This document shows, in pieces, positions 20,619 to 29,825 of a stretch of 64,000 nucleotides of DNA (position 1 is its first letter; each line of letters starts with the position of its first letter). A model generated the notes under the pieces. That model did not search any database. It saw only the letters and a list, made by a program, of their open reading frames with translations, and was not told the origin of the DNA. The stretch is from IMG/VR virus record IMGVR_UViG_3300013093_000043, positions 3,681 to 67,680 of that record; one strand, written 5' to 3'. The translations under genes and the position numbers were made by a program. The DNA comes from a virus.

Positions 20619-22214
20619 ATGAGTTACACAATAAACACCACCAGCGGCAATGTTCTAGTAACATTGTTGGATGGAACCATTGATTCCAGCACGGGCTTAA
20701 CCTTGATCGGTCGCAATTATCCCAGTTACGGACTGTTGCAAAATGACAATTTTGTGCGATTGTTGGAAAATTTTTCTGATTCAATCCCCCCAACCCAGCA
20801 CAGTGCACTGAATCCATTAACCGGAATGTTATGGTATGATTCCGGCAATGCAACAATAAAATCATATGATAGCATAAATTGGAATCCTGTTAGCGGACGA
20901 CTTGCATCGGGAGTAGATCCAAAAACTTTAGGCAATATAACTATACATACAGGTGATCAATGGTGGGATATTACTAACCAGCAACTAAACTCATGGAATG
21001 GTACTAGTTGGCAATTGATTGGTCCAGCATACACTGCCTCACAAGGCAAAACTGGGTCTTTGGTAGAATTAGTAACAGCCACAAACTCCAATGTGTACAC
21101 AGTGGTCAACACATACACCAATGGAAATTTAGTCAGCGTTACCAGTGCCAACAGTTTCACGCCAACCGGTACTTTATATTCGGGAATTGCCACAATACGA
21201 CCTGGAGTTAATTTACCTTCAACAAATCAATTTAGCGGAAATGCCACAAACAGCTTTGCACTGGGCGGGGTGGCTGCTGCAAATTACGCCAGAACCGATA
21301 TTGCATCCGCTTTTGCACAAAGTGTTTCGGTTGGCGGTACTCTAACATTGACCAACGGAATTATTTCGTACTCGGCCGGCACGCTCACTTTGCAAAACAC
21401 AAATCTAAATGGCAATATTGCAGTTGTCACTAATACCGGCACAAATACCAATGTACTAAATGTAAACGGCAGTACAGGACTAGTTACAGTAGCCGGAGAT
21501 CCCACAAACAATTTGGGAGTTGCCACAAAACAATATGTTGACAATTCCACTTCGAATATCAACTCCGCGGTAGCAGCTCAAATATCTACCATCAACGGAA
21601 ATGTAGGGCAATTAAGAGCCGATTACTTTGCCAATATTGCTTCGGTACAGTCGGCAATAAACAGCAACGTAAACACCTTGCAGTCACAGACCATTGCCAA
21701 TACCAATATGTTAATTGCCGAGTTGGCATCTAACGTGACAACGTTTTCAGCCAACATTGCAAGTTTAAATGCCAATCTTGGCACAGTGATCTACACCGAT
21801 TTGCCACTGTTAGCCCCTTTAGCAAGCCCGTCGTTTACTGGAACACCAACAGCACCTACTCCAGCTGGTGGAGATAACAGTGGAAATATTGCCACTACTG
21901 CATTTGCGGCCAACATTTATACAACATTGTACAACGGATATCTAGGGGCAGTAAGTCAAGAAGTAACCAATAGAAATTCGGCTATAGCAACAGCTGTCAC
22001 AGGCCTGGCACCAAATGCCAGTCCGCACTTGACCGGAACACCAACAGCTCCCACACCTACCACTGGTGATTCATCTACATCCATAGCTACAACAGCATTT
22101 GTGGCCACTGCAATTACAAATGCAACTGTAACTTTCCCGCACATTACCTACGGAACTACTCCGCCGCAGAACGGTCAAGGCAACAATGGCGATTATTACT
22201 TTCAATACGTATAA
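20619..22214 (+). CDS. Tail fibre-like protein (paralog 1 of a shared N-terminal anchor domain)
   Basis: The N-terminal YT..DGT.D...L.L.G.NY..YG...N.N...LL.NF...G.LW domain is shared with 23925 and 26665. Two copies of the fibre repeat LAP.ASP..TGTPTAPTP..GD.S..IATTAF, plus ATKQYVD. Confidence 0.75.
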   Translation: MSYTINTTSGNVLVTLLDGTIDSSTGLTLIGRNYPSYGLLQNDNFVRLLENFSDSIPPTQHSALNPLTGMLWYDSGNATIKSYDSINWNPVSGRLASGVDPKTLGNITIHTGDQWWDITNQQLNSWNGTSWQLIGPAYTASQGKTGSLVELVTATNSNVYTVVNTYTNGNLVSVTSANSFTPTGTLYSGIATIRPGVNLPSTNQFSGNATNSFALGGVAAANYARTDIASAFAQSVSVGGTLTLTNGIISYSAGTLTLQNTNLNGNIAVVTNTGTNTNVLNVNGSTGLVTVAGDPTNNLGVATKQYVDNSTSNINSAVAAQISTINGNVGQLRADYFANIASVQSAINSNVNTLQSQTIANTNMLIAELASNVTTFSANIASLNANLGTVIYTDLPLLAPLASPSFTGTPTAPTPAGGDNSGNIATTAFAANIYTTLYNGYLGAVSQEVTNRNSAIATAVTGLAPNASPHLTGTPTAPTPTTGDSSTSIATTAFVATAITNATVTFPHITYGTTPPQNGQGNNGDYYFQYV

Positions 22215-22217
22215 ATT

Positions 22218-23186
22218 ATGACAATGTATGTTAATCAGGGCGGCACTTGGCGAACAATAGCCCAGCCCAAAGTAAAAGTAGGCGGCACTTGGCGAACCAT
22301 CGTTGGCGGTTGGGTTAATGTAAACGGAACTTGGCGAAGATATTATCCAGGAACAGTAGAAGCCACCATTTTAGTAGTTGGTGGTGGTGGCGGGGGTGGT
22401 ATTGGAGCCGGAGACGAAGGTGGCGGCGGAGGCGGAGGCGGAGGTGTGGTATTGGTTAACAATGTTATATTGGACGCTACTCAAACCTATGCCGTTACTG
22501 TGGGTGCTGGCGGCCCGGTTGGATCCAATGGCAAAGACTCGTCGTTTAGCGGTAGTTTTTCTGCACCGCCGGGTACAAGTCTTGGAGCAACTGCTTCATA
22601 CAGCAATGCAGTTATACCGCCCAGTGACAATATTTCAGATACCTGTTTCCCGGCCGGGTCTCAAGTGCTAATGGCCGATTTAACTTGGAAAAATATTGAA
22701 TCAGTACAAGTTGGCGAGCTGATGTATAGTGTCGATGGTCCTGCAGAATGCGTTAAAGAATATGTAACTACTCTGGGCAACAGACGCATGATAACTTTTG
22801 CTGACCAAAGTATATTTTGGAGCGAAGAACATGCATTTTGGACTAGAGAAAATGATCGTGATTGGTGGTGGAGTTACAATGCCGACAGATGGCGTGGGGA
22901 AGTCGAGCGGGGTGTGATCGGTGGCTTACTGGATAACAACAGTATTAGAACTGGAGAAATTGAACAAGAGTATGCACACGTCAATGGCTGGCGTAGACAA
23001 AAAAGTCAAGTTGCTGTGGGCATGTACTCTGAAAACTTTCCGTTGTATGTGCCACTAACCAACGGGGAACCCATTGTGGTCAATGGCTATCTTGTTGGTG
23101 CCGGAGTCAACGAGCATGCATTTGATTACACCAAGATTGATTGGGATAAAATTATAGCCCAATACAAAAACATGGAGACTGTGTAA
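22218..23186 (+). CDS. Gly-rich fibre/adhesin N-fragment fused to a C-terminal Hint domain
   Basis: Three GTWR repeats and the start of a Gly-rich domain (ILVVGGGGGGG...YAVTVGAGG..NGKDSSF). Then CFPAGSQVLMAD..KNIESVQVGE (Hint block A), SEEH (block B-like) and VNGYLVG (block G-like). Confidence 0.75.
   Translation: MTMYVNQGGTWRTIAQPKVKVGGTWRTIVGGWVNVNGTWRRYYPGTVEATILVVGGGGGGGIGAGDEGGGGGGGGGVVLVNNVILDATQTYAVTVGAGGPVGSNGKDSSFSGSFSAPPGTSLGATASYSNAVIPPSDNISDTCFPAGSQVLMADLTWKNIESVQVGELMYSVDGPAECVKEYVTTLGNRRMITFADQSIFWSEEHAFWTRENDRDWWWSYNADRWRGEVERGVIGGLLDNNSIRTGEIEQEYAHVNGWRRQKSQVAVGMYSENFPLYVPLTNGEPIVVNGYLVGAGVNEHAFDYTKIDWDKIIAQYKNMETV
22644..23100 (+). other. Hint (Hedgehog/intein-like) autoprocessing domain
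   Basis: Cys1 codon TGT at 22644. No terminal His-Asn and no endonuclease domain. Confidence 0.75.
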
Positions 23187-23611
23187 TGCCGTTTACTATT
23201 AACCCATTGGTTGCACCGGGAACAGTGATAAATGCCATTGGCGGCGGTGCTGGCGGGGCAAGTAATCTAAGTAGCCAAATTTTTGGCAATGGCAATTACG
23301 GAGCACCGGGCGGAAGTGGCGGAGGCGGATCAGGCCCGGGGCAGTATTATCCCGGCGGACCAGGGGTACCAGGCCAGGGCAATGACGGTGCCGGTGGCCC
23401 GCACGAAGCACCTGGTGGTGGCGGAGGCGGAGCTTCGGGAAAAGCTGGATCTGCTGGAGATTATACTTCGGGTGGACCGGGAGTGACTTTACTGGGATAT
23501 GCAGTAGGTGGTGGTGGTGGCGGAGGCCCCAAATATGGATCGGGCGGCGGCTTGCCTGGTGGTGGTGGCGGAGGCGGGTATGCCCCAACACCTACTGACA
23601 ATGGCGATTAG
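23186..23611 (+). CDS. Gly-rich domain, middle fragment
   Basis: TAATG-coupled to the previous gene. INAIGGGAGG...GGSGGGGSG...GQGNDGAGG...YAVGGGGGGG continues the Gly-rich domain begun in 22218. Confidence 0.65.
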   Translation: MPFTINPLVAPGTVINAIGGGAGGASNLSSQIFGNGNYGAPGGSGGGGSGPGQYYPGGPGVPGQGNDGAGGPHEAPGGGGGGASGKAGSAGDYTSGGPGVTLLGYAVGGGGGGGPKYGSGGGLPGGGGGGGYAPTPTDNGD

Positions 23612-23667
23612 TCTGGTCCCGGTGGAGACGGTATAGATTAATACAACAAGCATCAAGGGAAAATATT

Positions 23668-23889
23668 GTGGCAACTTATGATAAAAACGGACAGAACGGA
23701 ACTGGGGGCGGTGGAGCTGGATCCAGCTCGTGGAGTCAGTCGGGCGGAAGTGGCGGTTGCGGCATTGTGGTAGTGCAATATAAAGCTCCTGTTCCGTATT
23801 TTGTTGGCGGGCAAATAACCTCAGACGGAACCACAGTGACTCATGTGTTCAATTCGGCCGGAAACTTTTCGCTGAGCCCGTTGTCGTAG
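23668..23889 (+). CDS. Gly-rich domain, C-terminal fragment
   Basis: GTG start after AAGGGA. NGTGGGGAG...GGSGGCGIVVVQY...GGQITSDGTTVTHVFNSAGNF is the usual terminus of these Gly-rich domains. Confidence 0.65.
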   Translation: MATYDKNGQNGTGGGGAGSSSWSQSGGSGGCGIVVVQYKAPVPYFVGGQITSDGTTVTHVFNSAGNFSLSPLS

Positions 23890-23924
23890 CATTTTGGATA
23901 AGTATAGTATAAAGAGAACGAAAC

Positions 23925-25676
23925 ATGCCTTATACAGTAACAGCAAGCGATGGTGCAATTAATATCACAATACCCGACGGTACTGCAGATACTACCAGCA
24001 CCAATTTAACTCTGCCCGGACCCAACTATGTTGGATACGGACTACAACTCAACGAAAATCTATTGGATTTATTGACCAATTTTGCATCAAATTCGGCACC
24101 AATTGGCAATAACGTTGAAGGACAACTTTGGTTTAATAAAACCAATCAAACCCTGAATGTATTTGCCAATGTTGGTACACAAAATCAATTCATCACAGTG
24201 TCGGGAATTATAGTTGATACCAATCAGCCGGTAATTGGGCAACCGGGTAATATGTGGTACAACCCAAATACCAATCAAATTTTTATGTACTCTAATGGTA
24301 CATACAATCTGATAGCCCCGTTATACACTACACAACAAGGGCCTAGCGGGGCAATACCGGCACAGATTGGTGATCTAAATGTACTCAATGCCACACACAA
24401 TGTAATCAAGTTAGAATACGGCGGAACTGTTATTGCAACCATTAGCTCGGACAATTCGTTTCAGCCTACACCGGCCATCACTGGATTCCCATATATCAAT
24501 CAAGGTATTACGATTAACAATACACTGACTGCGACCAAATTAAATTCTAATTTGACCGGTAATGTAATAGGAAATTTAACCGGCAATGTCACTGGCAACG
24601 TGATTGGAACCACATTGGTGGGCAGTTTAACTGGAAATGTACAAGCAACTTCGGGAACTATAACCACCTTGATTAGTTCTAATTTGACTGCCACTAGCGG
24701 CAATGTAACTGGATTGGTCAATTTAAGTGCCACAAATTTGACCGCTACCAATGCTACAACCACTACACAAGTGTCTACTAACTTTAGCACCAGTAATATA
24801 TTGGTAACTGGCGGAAGTATGGCTGGATTATCTACAGTATCGGCAACAACAACGGCAACAACAAATTTAGTCACAGGAAATGCACAAATCACTGGGGGTG
24901 CAATATCAGCAACTCCAATATCAGGCAGTACCGGATCGTTTACAACTCAAGTGTCTACTAATTTCAGCAGCGGCAATGTGTTGATCACGGGCGGACATAT
25001 CAACTCGGTATCCAATATAACAACCACAACAGGAACCGTAACAAATCTAATCAGCAGCAATGCACAAATCACTGGGGGTGCAATATCAGCAACCCCAATA
25101 TCAGGCAGCACTGGAGTGTTCACAATTGCCAACATATCGCTTTTAGGGGCAGGCACAATACAAGCAGCCACTATTGGCAATGTGGGTACATTGTTAACAG
25201 GAACATTACAAACTGCGTCGCAAACCAACATAACTGCGTTGGGCAATATTACAACTGGTATTTGGAGTGCAACCACAGTGGGCACCACACATGGTGGAAC
25301 TGGACTAAACTCGTTTACTTCTGGCGGTGCGGTTTATGCCACAAGTACATCGGCACTCGCTACTGGCACACTGCCGCCAACTGCAGGCGGAACTGGAGTA
25401 GCAACATTATCGGGAGTGGTATACGCCAATGGTACTAGTGCGTTTACAGCAGCCACTGGAACACAAATAGCAACAGCCATTGGATCTGCAGCAGTAGTAA
25501 ATGCCAACAATGCAGTGGTAGCAGCCAATGCTTCGGCAGTGTCTACAACTAATTTTACTATGTATCAATCGGGTAGCAAGTTGTACTTTGCTTATAATGG
25601 CGTTCCCATAGCATCATTGGATTCAAGCGGACATTTTACTGCGGCCAATGATATTTCGGCTTTTACAACACCATAA
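23925..25676 (+). CDS. Tail fibre-like protein (paralog 2), Thr/Asn/Gly-rich beta-helix
   Basis: Shared N-terminal anchor domain, LTGNV repeats and GGTG fibre repeats. A TAAGTA motif lies upstream at 23899. Confidence 0.75.
   Translation: MPYTVTASDGAINITIPDGTADTTSTNLTLPGPNYVGYGLQLNENLLDLLTNFASNSAPIGNNVEGQLWFNKTNQTLNVFANVGTQNQFITVSGIIVDTNQPVIGQPGNMWYNPNTNQIFMYSNGTYNLIAPLYTTQQGPSGAIPAQIGDLNVLNATHNVIKLEYGGTVIATISSDNSFQPTPAITGFPYINQGITINNTLTATKLNSNLTGNVIGNLTGNVTGNVIGTTLVGSLTGNVQATSGTITTLISSNLTATSGNVTGLVNLSATNLTATNATTTTQVSTNFSTSNILVTGGSMAGLSTVSATTTATTNLVTGNAQITGGAISATPISGSTGSFTTQVSTNFSSGNVLITGGHINSVSNITTTTGTVTNLISSNAQITGGAISATPISGSTGVFTIANISLLGAGTIQAATIGNVGTLLTGTLQTASQTNITALGNITTGIWSATTVGTTHGGTGLNSFTSGGAVYATSTSALATGTLPPTAGGTGVATLSGVVYANGTSAFTAATGTQIATAIGSAAVVNANNAVVAANASAVSTTNFTMYQSGSKLYFAYNGVPIASLDSSGHFTAANDISAFTTP
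24879..25115 (+). repeat. Intragenic direct repeat with a 180-bp (60-aa) period
   Basis: aatgcacaaatcactgggggtgcaatatcagcaacYccaatatcaggcagYacYgga occurs at 24879 and 25059. caagtgtctactaa occurs at ~24768 and ~24948. Confidence 0.9.
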
Positions 25677-25677
25677 T

Positions 25678-26616
25678 ATGACTCTACCCAGCACTGGATC
25701 AATATCAATTTCCCAAGCCGATGTAGAAACTTTACAAACGCCTACTACCAGTATCAGCATGAATAACAGTTTGATTAGGTTTTTGGCCAATCACCAAACT
25801 GCAAATTCGGCTATATCTATGTCGCAATTGTATGGATCAAGTTATGTGGTTGCTGCCGGAGCATTGTTTACAACTGTTGGCAGTTATCTGTATCAATTGC
25901 CAAGAACTTCGGGCCCAACTATCAAAATAGTATCCATAGGTGGAGGTGGCGGTGGTGGCGGAGGCTCGGCACGAACTGCTCACAATCCGCGAGGACCTGG
26001 TGGCGGTGGTGGAAGCGGTGAAATTACCCTTGCTACAGTGACAGTGACTCCGGGGCAGTATATCTGGATCACTGTGGGCAGCGGCGGGACCGGCGGAGGT
26101 GCATGCGACGGGCATTACAGTCCGGGAACGTCTGGCGGAACTGGCAGCTACAGTGGAGTAAGTATAAACAATCCAGCATCTTCCTTTTCGTTGACAGCTG
26201 CGGCCTGGATCAGTCTAGCTTTTGGCGGCCTGGGCGGAGATCAGGGATACGATGTACCATTTGGTGCTGTATGCTATGGCGGTGCAGCCGGATCGGGCGG
26301 TGTAGGAACTGATATTGCCAGCTATGCTCAAGCCGGAGGAAATGCACAATACGGGGTAACATCAGGTGGTGGCACCGGTGGGCAAGGATTCAATATAACC
26401 ACTACTGTGGGAACTGAACCTACATATTCTGTAGGATCATCGGGATCGGGCGGAGTGGGCAACGATCCTGGAGGATCAACTTATGCCACTACCGGAACAA
26501 CATACGGTGCCGGGGGCGGAGGTGGCGGAACCAATAACGAATTTGCCGGCGAAGGCCCGGGAATTAACGGAGCTCCGGGATCACAGGGTGCAGTATTTGT
26601 ATGGTGGGGATACTAA
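25678..26616 (+). CDS. Gly-rich fibre-tip adhesin-like protein
   Basis: The start is reassigned to ATG 25678. MTLPSTGSISISQ..ISMSQLYG is a common fibre-tip N-terminus. An intact Gly-rich domain ends GSQGAVFVWW. Confidence 0.7.
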   Translation: MTLPSTGSISISQADVETLQTPTTSISMNNSLIRFLANHQTANSAISMSQLYGSSYVVAAGALFTTVGSYLYQLPRTSGPTIKIVSIGGGGGGGGGSARTAHNPRGPGGGGGSGEITLATVTVTPGQYIWITVGSGGTGGGACDGHYSPGTSGGTGSYSGVSINNPASSFSLTAAAWISLAFGGLGGDQGYDVPFGAVCYGGAAGSGGVGTDIASYAQAGGNAQYGVTSGGGTGGQGFNITTTVGTEPTYSVGSSGSGGVGNDPGGSTYATTGTTYGAGGGGGGTNNEFAGEGPGINGAPGSQGAVFVWWGY

Positions 26617-26630
26617 GCCGTAAACAACAC

Positions 26631-26636
26631 TAAATA
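26631..26636 (+). promoter_or_regulatory. Putative late promoter core TAAATA
   Basis: Intergenic, upstream of an AAGGA RBS and ATG 26665. Confidence 0.5.
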
Positions 26637-26664
26637 TACTAATATAGCGATCAAAGGAATTTAA

Positions 26665-27846
26665 ATGGCATACACTATTAATCTAACCAACGGAGCAACA
26701 TTGATTCCTGGCGGATTATCTGACGGTACCGTCGACACAACACATACAAGTTTGGTATTGATTGGTAAAGATTTTGCCAACTACGGTACTTACCTAAACG
26801 ATAACTTTGTACATTTATTAGAAAATTTTGCAAATAACTCGAGCCCGGCCAATCCGCTTAAAGGTCAACTGTGGTGGGATACCACAAACAACGTATTAAA
26901 AGTCTATTCAGGCACAAGTTGGAAAATATCAACCGGTGCTACCAGTGCTCCTTTTGCAAGTCCGCCAACTGATTTGAGTCTACTGGGCGGCGATTTGTGG
27001 TTTGACACTACAAATAATCAGTTAAAAGTATATTCGGGCAGCAGTTGGATTACAGTAGGCCCTGCAGCTACTACTGCAACAGGTAATACTGGAGCATTTC
27101 CGGCCTTGATGACTGATACTTCTAGCGGAGTACACATTGTAATACAATTATTATTCAGCAATTCGTTGTATGCCGTAATATCAAAAGACACTTTTTCAAC
27201 TTCACTGTCGGGTTTTAGTCCGACAATTGTGGCTGGTATAAATTTTAGCACCACAGCCAGTCCAAGTTGGGCTTTGAGTACGCAATCTCAAAGTGCAACA
27301 AATTTGACATTGGCACAACGCGACAGTGGCGGAGGATTGACTGCCAGTACTTTTTATGCCACAACCGGCATACTGCCAACAGCCAATGCCACAGTTAATT
27401 TGGGCAGTACCACTGCTTGGTTTAACAATGTTTATGGTACAAGTTTACATGCTCAATATGCCGATTTGGCCGAACGGTTTGAAGCAGATGTAGAATACGA
27501 AGCCGGGACTGTGGTAGAATTAGGCGGGCCAGCCGAAATTACCGCGGTTGGTTCAGAATTAAGCGAAGATGTATTTGGAGTCATAAGTACTAATGCAGGC
27601 TATTTAATGAATTCTCGAGCCGGCAACAACAAAACACATCCCCCTGTAGCTGTTCAAGGCCGAGTTCCTGTTAAAGTAACCGGAAAAGTACGCAAAGGCG
27701 ATCGTTTAGTCAGTGCCGGAAATGGTTTAGCTAGAGCAGGTAAACGGTCCGAGCTGACAGCTTGGAATGTTATTGGTCGCAGTCTAGAAGATAAAACAAC
27801 AGTGGGTGAGGGAATTGTCGAAGCCGCAGTTAAGATGAACAGTTAA
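26665..27846 (+). CDS. Tail fibre-like protein (paralog 3) with a C-terminal autocleaving intramolecular-chaperone-like domain
   Basis: Shared N-terminal anchor. C-terminal AQYADLAERFEAD..GTVV..FGVIST..GRVPVKV.G.V.KGDRLVS is a peptidase G2/IMC-type pattern. Confidence 0.75.
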   Translation: MAYTINLTNGATLIPGGLSDGTVDTTHTSLVLIGKDFANYGTYLNDNFVHLLENFANNSSPANPLKGQLWWDTTNNVLKVYSGTSWKISTGATSAPFASPPTDLSLLGGDLWFDTTNNQLKVYSGSSWITVGPAATTATGNTGAFPALMTDTSSGVHIVIQLLFSNSLYAVISKDTFSTSLSGFSPTIVAGINFSTTASPSWALSTQSQSATNLTLAQRDSGGGLTASTFYATTGILPTANATVNLGSTTAWFNNVYGTSLHAQYADLAERFEADVEYEAGTVVELGGPAEITAVGSELSEDVFGVISTNAGYLMNSRAGNNKTHPPVAVQGRVPVKVTGKVRKGDRLVSAGNGLARAGKRSELTAWNVIGRSLEDKTTVGEGIVEAAVKMNS

Positions 27847-27860
27847 GGATATAACACAAA

Positions 27861-28850
27861 ATGGCATACAGTTCAGGTGGCTTGATAGCAGCATCGGATT
27901 ACAACGGATTTGTGGGCTCAAGCCCTAGTGCCGTTAGCAATACAATCAATACAGTTTGGGCCACCGGAAGTGGTGCTTGGGGCTACGGACAAACTGCTCT
28001 GTCACAGGTAAGCAGCAGCGGATTGGTCACTGCAACTCAATGGGCCAGTGCCATTAACACGCTAAACAGTATTCAAACACATCAAACCGGTAGTGGTACA
28101 GGACTTACAGCTCCCACTACTGGAAGCCTAGCTACATATTTGGGATCGTTTAGTTCAAGCATTAACTCTGCCTATGGCAATGCACTAGTATTTGCTTCTC
28201 AAGGAACCACAGTAACCAATGCCAATATTGCAGCGTCAGACGTTGCAGCCAATACAGCCAGCCCGGTATCGTATACTGTGACACGTACTGCAACCTTTGC
28301 CAGTGCTGACCAAGCAAGATATTTCTTCAACGCCGGCGGGCAATTGAATTATACCATTGCTGGAGTAACCAACAATGACGGAACTAGTCGTAGTGGAGAC
28401 CTGGTAACTTTACTAGCAACCAACCTTAAAGGCATAACAGCATTTAGAGCCAACACCAATGGTGGAAGAACTGGCTCGGGTGGTACAGTAAATACCAATA
28501 CCACCAATATTGGCTACTATGGACTTACTACTAGCAATGTTACTATACAACAAATCACTAGCACTACCAGTGGATATACTAGCGATTATGCAAACGTACA
28601 AGTTAAAACCAATGGTGTGCAAGGAACCAACAACGACAACGGGTCGGTCGTTACATTTTATCTAAATGTGTACAGTGCCAGTCGTCCCACATTGCCAGCA
28701 GCACCTCCTGCAGGACCAGGCGGTACTCCGGGAATTAGTAATACTGTAGTAAATGATACTATAAATGTTACCATACAACATCACATTGATATTGTTTATC
28801 CGGAAACAACCAATTTAAGCAACGTGTGGGGTGCAGTTACAATAGCATAA
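27861..28850 (+). CDS. Virion structural protein, Ser/Thr/Asn-rich (tandem paralog A)
   Basis: MAYSSGGLIAASDYN..G.GYGQT..ADQARYFFNAGGQL..IDIVYPETTNLSNVWG. AAGGA RBS. Confidence 0.7.
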   Translation: MAYSSGGLIAASDYNGFVGSSPSAVSNTINTVWATGSGAWGYGQTALSQVSSSGLVTATQWASAINTLNSIQTHQTGSGTGLTAPTTGSLATYLGSFSSSINSAYGNALVFASQGTTVTNANIAASDVAANTASPVSYTVTRTATFASADQARYFFNAGGQLNYTIAGVTNNDGTSRSGDLVTLLATNLKGITAFRANTNGGRTGSGGTVNTNTTNIGYYGLTTSNVTIQQITSTTSGYTSDYANVQVKTNGVQGTNNDNGSVVTFYLNVYSASRPTLPAAPPAGPGGTPGISNTVVNDTINVTIQHHIDIVYPETTNLSNVWGAVTIA

Positions 28851-28860
28851 GAGAATATAA

Positions 28861-29781
28861 ATGGCTTATAATCAGGGTGGATTAATCGAAGCCAGTGACT
28901 ACAATAATTTTTTAAATGGGTCAAATCAATTAAATAGTATTTGGAGCACTGGAACTGGCAGTACCGGGTACGGTCAAACCGCTTTGAGTGCAGTGAGCTC
29001 GACTGGATTGGTTAGTGCTAGCCAATGGTCCAGTTTGATCAACACATTAAACAGTATTTCGGTACATCAAAGCGGTGTTGGATCGGGAATAAGTTCGGTT
29101 ACTTCGGGCGGTACCATATACTATCTCTCGGCATTGAGCAGTAGTATCAACACAGTTTATACCAATAGATTAACAAAAGCCACTCAAGGCACTACCACAA
29201 CCGGATCAGTGTTCAGCCCAAACTACACTGTATCCAGTACGACCGCAGCACAAACCTGGAGCTTTACTCGCACTGCAACATTTGGCAATGCCGACCAAGC
29301 CCGATACTTTTTTAACTGTGGCGGACAACTGAATTTTGTCACTACCAGTGTAACCAACAACGATTCCAGTGTTCGTAGTGCCGATTGGGTAACATTGATT
29401 GGTACCAATTTCAACAGCCTCCCGGCAATAAACTACAACTCCAATGGCGGACGCAGTGGTATTGGTGGAACTGTTAATACTGCTGTTACCAATTTGGGAT
29501 ATTATGGACTGACAACTAGCAATGTGACCATTAGCAAAATAACAACATTATCGCCAACCTACACTGGAGACTATGTTGTAATGTCGTTGGGATCCAACGG
29601 CACACAAGGCACACATGGCGATACTGGATCGGTTATTTACATGAATTTTACAGTATTTTCAGCTTCGACGGCTTCGGCATTTAACGAAAGTATAAATGTT
29701 ACATGGAATCACAGAATCGACGTAGTCTATCCAGAAACCACCAACTTGTCAAATAGTTGGGGCACAGTCACAATAGCATAA
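28861..29781 (+). CDS. Virion structural protein, Ser/Thr/Asn-rich (tandem paralog B)
   Basis: Colinear paralog of 27861, with ADQARYFFNCGGQL and IDVVYPETTNLSNSWGTVTIA. Confidence 0.7.
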   Translation: MAYNQGGLIEASDYNNFLNGSNQLNSIWSTGTGSTGYGQTALSAVSSTGLVSASQWSSLINTLNSISVHQSGVGSGISSVTSGGTIYYLSALSSSINTVYTNRLTKATQGTTTTGSVFSPNYTVSSTTAAQTWSFTRTATFGNADQARYFFNCGGQLNFVTTSVTNNDSSVRSADWVTLIGTNFNSLPAINYNSNGGRSGIGGTVNTAVTNLGYYGLTTSNVTISKITTLSPTYTGDYVVMSLGSNGTQGTHGDTGSVIYMNFTVFSASTASAFNESINVTWNHRIDVVYPETTNLSNSWGTVTIA

Positions 29782-29790
29782 CCAAACTCA

Positions 29791-29819
29791 TTGACATCAA
29801 CACTGTAGCATGTTATACT
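29791..29819 (+). promoter_or_regulatory. Sigma70-type promoter, probably giving a leaderless mRNA
   Basis: TTGACA (29791-96), a 17-nt spacer ending in TGn, then TATACT (29814-19). ATG 29826 lies at the expected +1 and has no SD sequence. Confidence 0.8.
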
Positions 29820-29825
29820 GTGTAG

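Noticed and set aside
22644-23100. Canonical splicing intein or homing element
   Set aside because: There is no terminal His-Asn followed by Cys/Ser/Thr, no endonuclease domain and almost no C-extein.
1-29781. Bacterial T6SS or eCIS locus instead of a phage
   Set aside because: Multiple tail fibres, T4-like late motifs, thyA/folA and many small phage-type ORFs are present, and no membrane-complex or host housekeeping context is seen.
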